Source: Pyrodictiaceae archaeon (lineage in GTDB: Archaea > Thermoproteota > Thermoprotei_A > Sulfolobales > WANQ01). Taken from it: a stretch of 64,000 nt of DNA. Each line of letters starts with the position of its first letter. Within the stretch, counting starts at the first letter, position 1. A program made the translations under genes and the position numbers. Shown piece by piece: positions 59,258-64,000 of this stretch. The notes beneath the pieces were generated by a model. That model was not told the origin of the DNA and ran no database searches. It saw only the letters and a program-made list of their open reading frames with translations. Location: contig WANQ01000043.1 of the NCBI GenBank assembly GCA_015521735.1, positions 30,454 through 94,453 on the forward strand, read 5' to 3'.

Positions 59258-60229
59258 CTAGATCTTATTTAGTCTAAAGAGTGATTTACCGTGTTTTACA
59301 GCATATAAGCTTATAGATGATACTATGAGGTCAGCTGTAGATCCAGGATTATAGCCTTTATCAGACCATTCCTTGTCTAGGTTTCTTACATGCTTCCAGA
59401 ATTTCTCTCCCTTAAGCTTTAGTGCTTCTCTTGCCTGCTCTGATACTTTTCTAGCTATGTCTGCTCCATGTTTTCTCTGGATTAGCGTGTCTATATCGTA
59501 TGATAGGAGTATGAGTAGTGCTCTTACAACTGCTTCATTCCAGTCCATTCCAGAGAGCAAGCTCTCTTCAAGATAGTTTACCATCTTCTTAGACTTAACG
59601 TATCCTTCAACTATTTCTTTTGCAACAATATCTCTCTCGGAACTATATACTAGTATATCCCATAGTCTTAGATTCTTTTCTACAAGTTTACGTGTAAACT
59701 CTTTATCCCAGACATTAGGATATTCTCCCGTGTAATCACTACTCCTAATATATGATGGCCTAACTCTACGTATAGCTCTATAGAAGTACACTGCATCGTA
59801 TGGTGTAGAGTAGGTGTTAATGTCCATGCTAGCAGCTATGGTTAGTTCTTCTAGTGTAAAGTTATCTCCACTCCTAAGCAGGTTACCTAAGCTTACAGCT
59901 AAGGGTACTAGTAGTAGGCTAGAACCTAGACAAGTATTACCTCCTCCATGTAGTTTTAGTGAAGTATCAACTATACCGTATATTAGGTCTCCATAGACTA
60001 TTCTTCTTCCCCTAAGACCCTTATAGCCTCTAAGTATTCCACGGTAAAGATACGGTACAAATACAAGTCCCGTTACAAGAAAGTCCTCAAACCTCGTATC
60101 ACTTAGGTCACGTAGCCTATGTACATTACCTGGCTTAGGATACCCTGCAGCTTCTAAGACTACTCCCGTAGAGAGTAGTATAGCGTATTTCCACATGTCT
60201 CTTCTACGTATACCCATACTTCCTACCAT
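59258..60229 (-). CDS. CitG-family triphosphoribosyl-dephospho-CoA synthase-like protein
   Basis: LEAAGYPKPGNVHR, GNTCLG, DTLIQRKHG and NPGSTADL. Confidence 0.9.
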   Translation of the reverse strand: MVGSMGIRRRDMWKYAILLSTGVVLEAAGYPKPGNVHRLRDLSDTRFEDFLVTGLVFVPYLYRGILRGYKGLRGRRIVYGDLIYGIVDTSLKLHGGGNTCLGSSLLLVPLAVSLGNLLRSGDNFTLEELTIAASMDINTYSTPYDAVYFYRAIRRVRPSYIRSSDYTGEYPNVWDKEFTRKLVEKNLRLWDILVYSSERDIVAKEIVEGYVKSKKMVNYLEESLLSGMDWNEAVVRALLILLSYDIDTLIQRKHGADIARKVSEQAREALKLKGEKFWKHVRNLDKEWSDKGYNPGSTADLIVSSISLYAVKHGKSLFRLNKI

Positions 60230-60310
60230 TACCTCCTAGCTGTCCCGTCTAATACGTAGAGGGTTAAATAGAGTTACCCTATGAGTGGGTTAAGTGTACA
60301 ACAAGTATTG

Positions 60311-60383
60311 AGGCTCGGAGCCATCCTCTAAACTCATCACCTCAAGGGAAGGGTTCGGATAGCTCACCTCTTCCTCATAGCCC
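60311..60383 (-). ncRNA. C/D box sRNA with both guides antisense to the 23S rRNA GTPase-associated (L11-binding) region
   Basis: Minus strand: GGGCT-ATGAGGA(C)-AGAGGTGAGCTAT-CCGA(D')...GTGATGA(C')-GTTTAGAGGATGGCT-CCGA(D)-GCCT; TATA-like AAATATAT about 30 nt upstream. Confidence 0.82.
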
Positions 60384-60530
60384 TATCCTAAATCTATAAC
60401 CATTGCCTGGGGATATATTTTGCCCCGATAAGCTACAGGTGGGAATATCATCTAACACTAAGAGTAATACACTTATTTGTAAAAGGAATTAGCTTATATA
60501 GTCTGAGGGACTTGTAGCTAAATATGTTCT

Positions 60531-61631
60531 TTACAAGATCTTTTCAATTAAATCTATCATCTTCAACCCTGAGCCAGTTAATGGTGCGAGTACTTCATTA
60601 CCTCTTGCTATGTTACCAGATTCTATTAGCTTCTTTAGTGCTGCTAAAACTGTAGCTGATGTTGGCTCTACTATTAAGCCATACATGTATAGCTCTTTTA
60701 ACGCCTCAACTATTTCCTTATCGCTTACAACTACTACCTTTCCCCTAGTCTCTTTCAAAGCCTCGACTATTTCGTTAAGTCTTGGTGGTTTTGGAACCAT
60801 TATTCCATCAGCTAGCTTTGACTCACCAGTGATATTGGGTTTACCTCCATATAGCCTAGGGTATAATCTAATAGTTGATGAGCCCTCAACAGCTATCATT
60901 ACATGTCTTCTATTCCTTAAACCCCATTTCAATAAGTCTTTAAAGCCTTTGTGAAGTCCAAGGAATAGTCCACCAGAACCTACTGGAGCTATAACTATGT
61001 CTCCATTGAATCCTTGCTCCCATGCTTCATAAGCTATCGTCTTAGTAGCTTCAACGTATAAGGGGCTATAAGTGTGTGCTACATAGTAGTTCGCGTTGTC
61101 TCTAGCTAGTTCTAGTACTTTAACTGCTGCATCTCCACGTGTAGGTGTCTCTATGATTTTTCCTCCAAGTGCTTTTACTAGAGCTTTCTTCCCCTTAGGA
61201 GCATATTGTGGCATTACTATTATAGACTCCATATTGTAGAGGCTAGCATAGGCTGTAACAGATATACCAGTATTCCCTGAGGTATCCTCTACTACTCTAC
61301 GATAGCCTAGTAGATAGGCTAATCCTATAGCTAAACTAGATCCACGATCCTTAAAGCTTCCAGTAGGGTTAAGGTACTCTAGCTTAAACTTAACGGTTAC
61401 TCCACGGTAATCTAGTTCTATGAGTGGTGTACTTCCTTCACCAAGACTTTTAGGCGGAGTTAATGGTAGACTACTTGCATATCTCTTCAACCCTACTCCA
61501 CTAGGCTTCCATTCACTAGCATACTCTACCTCCAAAGGCGAACCACACTTAGGGCAACGCCAATAATATTCACTACCCCTACTCCTAAACCCACAGCTAG
61601 GGCAATAGAATACTACGTTAACCTTCTTCAA
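60531..61631 (-). CDS. Threonine synthase-like PLP enzyme with N-terminal Zn ribbon
   Basis: CPSCG...CPKCG, SLGEGSTPL, NPTGSFKDRG, DTSGNTG, PVGSGG and LTGSGLK. Confidence 0.9.
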   Translation of the reverse strand: MKKVNVVFYCPSCGFRSRGSEYYWRCPKCGSPLEVEYASEWKPSGVGLKRYASSLPLTPPKSLGEGSTPLIELDYRGVTVKFKLEYLNPTGSFKDRGSSLAIGLAYLLGYRRVVEDTSGNTGISVTAYASLYNMESIIVMPQYAPKGKKALVKALGGKIIETPTRGDAAVKVLELARDNANYYVAHTYSPLYVEATKTIAYEAWEQGFNGDIVIAPVGSGGLFLGLHKGFKDLLKWGLRNRRHVMIAVEGSSTIRLYPRLYGGKPNITGESKLADGIMVPKPPRLNEIVEALKETRGKVVVVSDKEIVEALKELYMYGLIVEPTSATVLAALKKLIESGNIARGNEVLAPLTGSGLKMIDLIEKIL

Positions 61632-61686
61632 GCCAAGTATACACCAGCATAAGGGTTATACGGTACCAGATATTATATCCTAAACT

Positions 61687-61752
61687 GGCCCTCGCCTCTC
61701 CAACCGTTCCCCGTAGCCACGGGGTGGGATGAGGAGAGGTTCCGTCGGGCGG
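61687..61752. ncRNA. GC-rich intergenic extended hairpin; candidate H/ACA-like or other structured sRNA
   Basis: Nested stems GCCC/GGGC, CCTCTCC/GGAGAGG and CCCCGT/ACGGGG with an internal GGATGA. Confidence 0.5.
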
Positions 61753-61794
61753 CAATCACTACTACTTATCTCAGCCTCCTAGGTTAGTAGAGAA

Positions 61795-62304
61795 TTGAGT
61801 AGAGTAGACAATAGAAGATACGCTGCAGTAAACATAGTGTTACGCGACATTAGCGGTAAACGCGAGTTATTGTTCATTAAGCGTAGAATTAACCCATTTG
61901 ATCCATGGAGCGGCGATGTAGGATTTCCTGGAGGAGGCCTTGAACTCGGCGAAGACTATATTGAAGCCGCGTTACGTGAAACTGAGGAAGAAGTTGGAAT
62001 TAAACGTCAGTACCTAGATGTTGTAGGTGTTCTAGGAGTAGAACATACATTGATCATACCCTGGCTTAAAATAGGAGTTGTTGTATCTAAGCTAAAGATC
62101 GTAAACCCCGAGATAAATCCTTCATGGAATGAAGTTGAAGAAGTATTCTGGGCTCCCATAAACGATATTATCGGTCCCGTAAGATTATTCCACTCATTCA
62201 AAGGCATAGTCGTTAACGCCTACATTGTTAAGAACAGGTACATTGTATGGGGTTTTACTAAGAGAATCCTTGACAAATACCTAAATGTTATTAGACGAAT
62301 ATGA
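61795..62304 (+). CDS. Nudix hydrolase (CoA pyrophosphatase-like)
   Basis: DPWSGDVGFPGG...AALRETEEEVG and IVWGFT. Confidence 0.9.
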   Translation: MSRVDNRRYAAVNIVLRDISGKRELLFIKRRINPFDPWSGDVGFPGGGLELGEDYIEAALRETEEEVGIKRQYLDVVGVLGVEHTLIIPWLKIGVVVSKLKIVNPEINPSWNEVEEVFWAPINDIIGPVRLFHSFKGIVVNAYIVKNRYIVWGFTKRILDKYLNVIRRI

Positions 62305-63052
62305 ATGCTAGTACTAGTGCTATAAGACCAGACAAGTATATGCCATCAAAAGTACCTGCTCCACCAATACTTACAATTGATGGACCCAGCATGTTAACGA
62401 ATTTCTCTTTATCGGTCATCAATCTTAGTATATCAGCACCAATAAGGCTTCCAAGTGTACCTGAGATATAGGATGCTGGTAGTATTATTGGTGAAGTACC
62501 TAGGAGTAACATGGTTGTTGTTACTGCTACTGTTGGAGGTAGAAACATTGGTACTGCTATCCCAATGCCCGGTATAGGTTTTGCTGCAAAGTATACTATA
62601 ATAGATGTTGTAGTTAACGCTAGTAGTAGTCTAGGTATAATAGCAGGCTCATTCACTAATATACCATAGGCCATAAGTAAACTAATAGCTAATGGTATAA
62701 GTGCTCCACCAACATTAAGAGTTACCAGTATCTTGTTCTCAACTAAACGCTTACTTATTACTGGAACAGGTATTCCATAGAAGTAGACGTATTCTGCTTC
62801 ATATCTAACACTGTATATCTTTGTCCCAATCTCCTTTAACACTATGTTTACTGGGCTTAAAGCAAGACTTAGATAAAACATTGTAAACGATAACATTACC
62901 CCTACAGCAGGACTGAATCCTAGGAGCGTGAAGGCTTTTACAACAACTATTTGTGCAACTAGTATTAAGGGAAGCACTGTTATCATGTAGAATACAAGCA
63001 TTACCGGGTGTATAGGCAATGATATTATTACACGTCTACTCAGACCAAGCAC
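62291..63052 (-). CDS. DUF1614 membrane protein
   Basis: NVGGALIP, PIPGIGI, LIGADIL and SIGGAGTFDGIYLSG. Confidence 0.9.
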   Translation of the reverse strand: MLGLSRRVIISLPIHPVMLVFYMITVLPLILVAQIVVVKAFTLLGFSPAVGVMLSFTMFYLSLALSPVNIVLKEIGTKIYSVRYEAEYVYFYGIPVPVISKRLVENKILVTLNVGGALIPLAISLLMAYGILVNEPAIIPRLLLALTTTSIIVYFAAKPIPGIGIAVPMFLPPTVAVTTTMLLLGTSPIILPASYISGTLGSLIGADILRLMTDKEKFVNMLGPSIVSIGGAGTFDGIYLSGLIALVLAFIFV

Positions 63053-63085
63053 ACCCCAACATCCATAGCTTTAAGCTATTATCTC

Positions 63086-63670
63086 CTAGATAGGCTCCTT
63101 CGACAACAATATATGGTTTCCACTACGTTTAATAAACCACACTCTTCCAAGAAATACTATTGTACGTAAACTACTATGTGAGCCTACTACAACGCTTACT
63201 AGCTCTTTAACTAGGCTATTATACCTCTCCCTATACCCTTCATCCTCCTCTAAGAGTACTCTATGGGCCTTGGTAAGCCTTACACTACGATATATGTACA
63301 AGGCGTAGTCTAGTATCATCACTAATCCTACGACTAGAACTGCTATGAATGCATAGTCAATGCCTAGGAGGATTACCAGTATAGTTGCTAGAAGCGATGC
63401 TAGGAGAATCAATGGTTTAGTATACTTACCAGCCATAATACTACCTAGATATATGTGCTCATACCATAAGCCTACATCATCCACCGTCAACTCCTTCATA
63501 TACTCTACCACAGTCTTAGAGCCCTTAAACCTAACCCAGAACCTATACCCTCTAGTTTCATAGCTTAACCTATTATTGTGTTTAAACAATATGGTTTTAC
63601 TTAACCTAAGCCTCTCTAGGAGACCCTCAACAGCGTTTACGACTTCTACTCTTTCACTGCCCTTATACAT
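63086..63670 (-). CDS. Hypothetical membrane protein (2 TM)
   Basis: 194-aa ORF with a central hydrophobic hairpin; overlaps the upstream gene. Confidence 0.7.
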   Translation of the reverse strand: MYKGSERVEVVNAVEGLLERLRLSKTILFKHNNRLSYETRGYRFWVRFKGSKTVVEYMKELTVDDVGLWYEHIYLGSIMAGKYTKPLILLASLLATILVILLGIDYAFIAVLVVGLVMILDYALYIYRSVRLTKAHRVLLEEDEGYRERYNSLVKELVSVVVGSHSSLRTIVFLGRVWFIKRSGNHILLSKEPI

Positions 63671-64000
63671 ACAAAGCCTTTACCTCTAATATCTTCTGAC
63701 GGCTCCTCCCACCTAGGCTTATCAAGGGGTCCAAAGCTTAGTACTCCAAGCATTTTATCTACCCTAAACCTAGCCTTCCTAAGCCTATCTACTAGTTCAT
63801 TTACTGAGAGAAACCTTGCACGTGAGTAGAAGGGGTGTCCTTCTCTAGCTAACAATAAGTAGTATTGCCCCCAAGGGCTTTCACGAGGAATAATACATGA
63901 TATAACATCACCTCCATTTCTCAACACTCTATGAGACTCTCTTAAAACCTCGTCTACATCGTCTACAAAGCATAGGGTTACAATTAGCAGTATTGTATTG
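63646..64000 (-). CDS. Class I SAM-dependent methyltransferase, C-terminal fragment (runs off window)
   Basis: Frame extends to the window end: TILLIVTLCFVDDVDEVLRESHRVLRNGG...SPWGQYY...GHPFYSRARF. Confidence 0.85.
   Translation of the reverse strand, partial: NTILLIVTLCFVDDVDEVLRESHRVLRNGGDVISCIIPRESPWGQYYLLLAREGHPFYSRARFLSVNELVDRLRKARFRVDKMLGVLSFGPLDKPRWEEPSEDIRGKGFVCIRAVKE

Noticed and set aside
650-63563. Many 60-190 aa ORFs antisense to or nested in the called genes (e.g. 40480-41049, 27573-28103, 18949-19458, 51629-52120)
   Set aside because: Ser/Ile/Leu-rich shadow ORFs opposite well-supported genes, with no motifs
1-64000. CRISPR array, tRNA, rRNA, transposase or integrase
   Set aside because: No regularly spaced repeats, cloverleafs or recombinase motifs seen; the rRNA-like words at 60319-60371 are short sRNA guides, not an rRNA gene

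Overview
Gene-dense, AT-rich (roughly 40% GC by eye) chromosomal window from a hyperthermophilic crenarchaeote, probably Desulfurococcales (inferred from gene content, BRE/TATA promoters and C/D sRNAs). About 32 kb (2.8-35.7 kb) is an H2-metabolism island with three [NiFe]-hydrogenases. (1) A membrane-bound group 4 hydrogenase plus an Mrp Na+/H+ antiporter, preceded by a GltD-like NAD(P)H flavoprotein and a 4Fe-4S protein instead of a formate or CO dehydrogenase. (2) A canonical group 3b sulfhydrogenase hydBGDA. (3) The standout: a five-gene HydC-HydB-X-HyhL-Y operon. In it an [FeFe]-hydrogenase HydA and a [NiFe] small subunit have reciprocally swapped halves (X = HydA N-terminus + small-subunit C-terminus; Y = small-subunit N-terminus + HydA ferredoxin and degenerate H-cluster domain). 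HydB carries bifurcation-type motifs, the large subunit is divergent, and there is a palindromic operator and a Cys-tailed AbrB/PhoU regulator upstream. The rest holds ABC/ECF transporters (iron or B12, nucleoside, biotin, molybdate/tungstate), two VapBC loci, a serpin, a frameshifted AlaX, RNA-modification enzymes and at least two unannotated C/D box sRNAs. No CRISPR array, tRNA, rRNA or IS element was seen.
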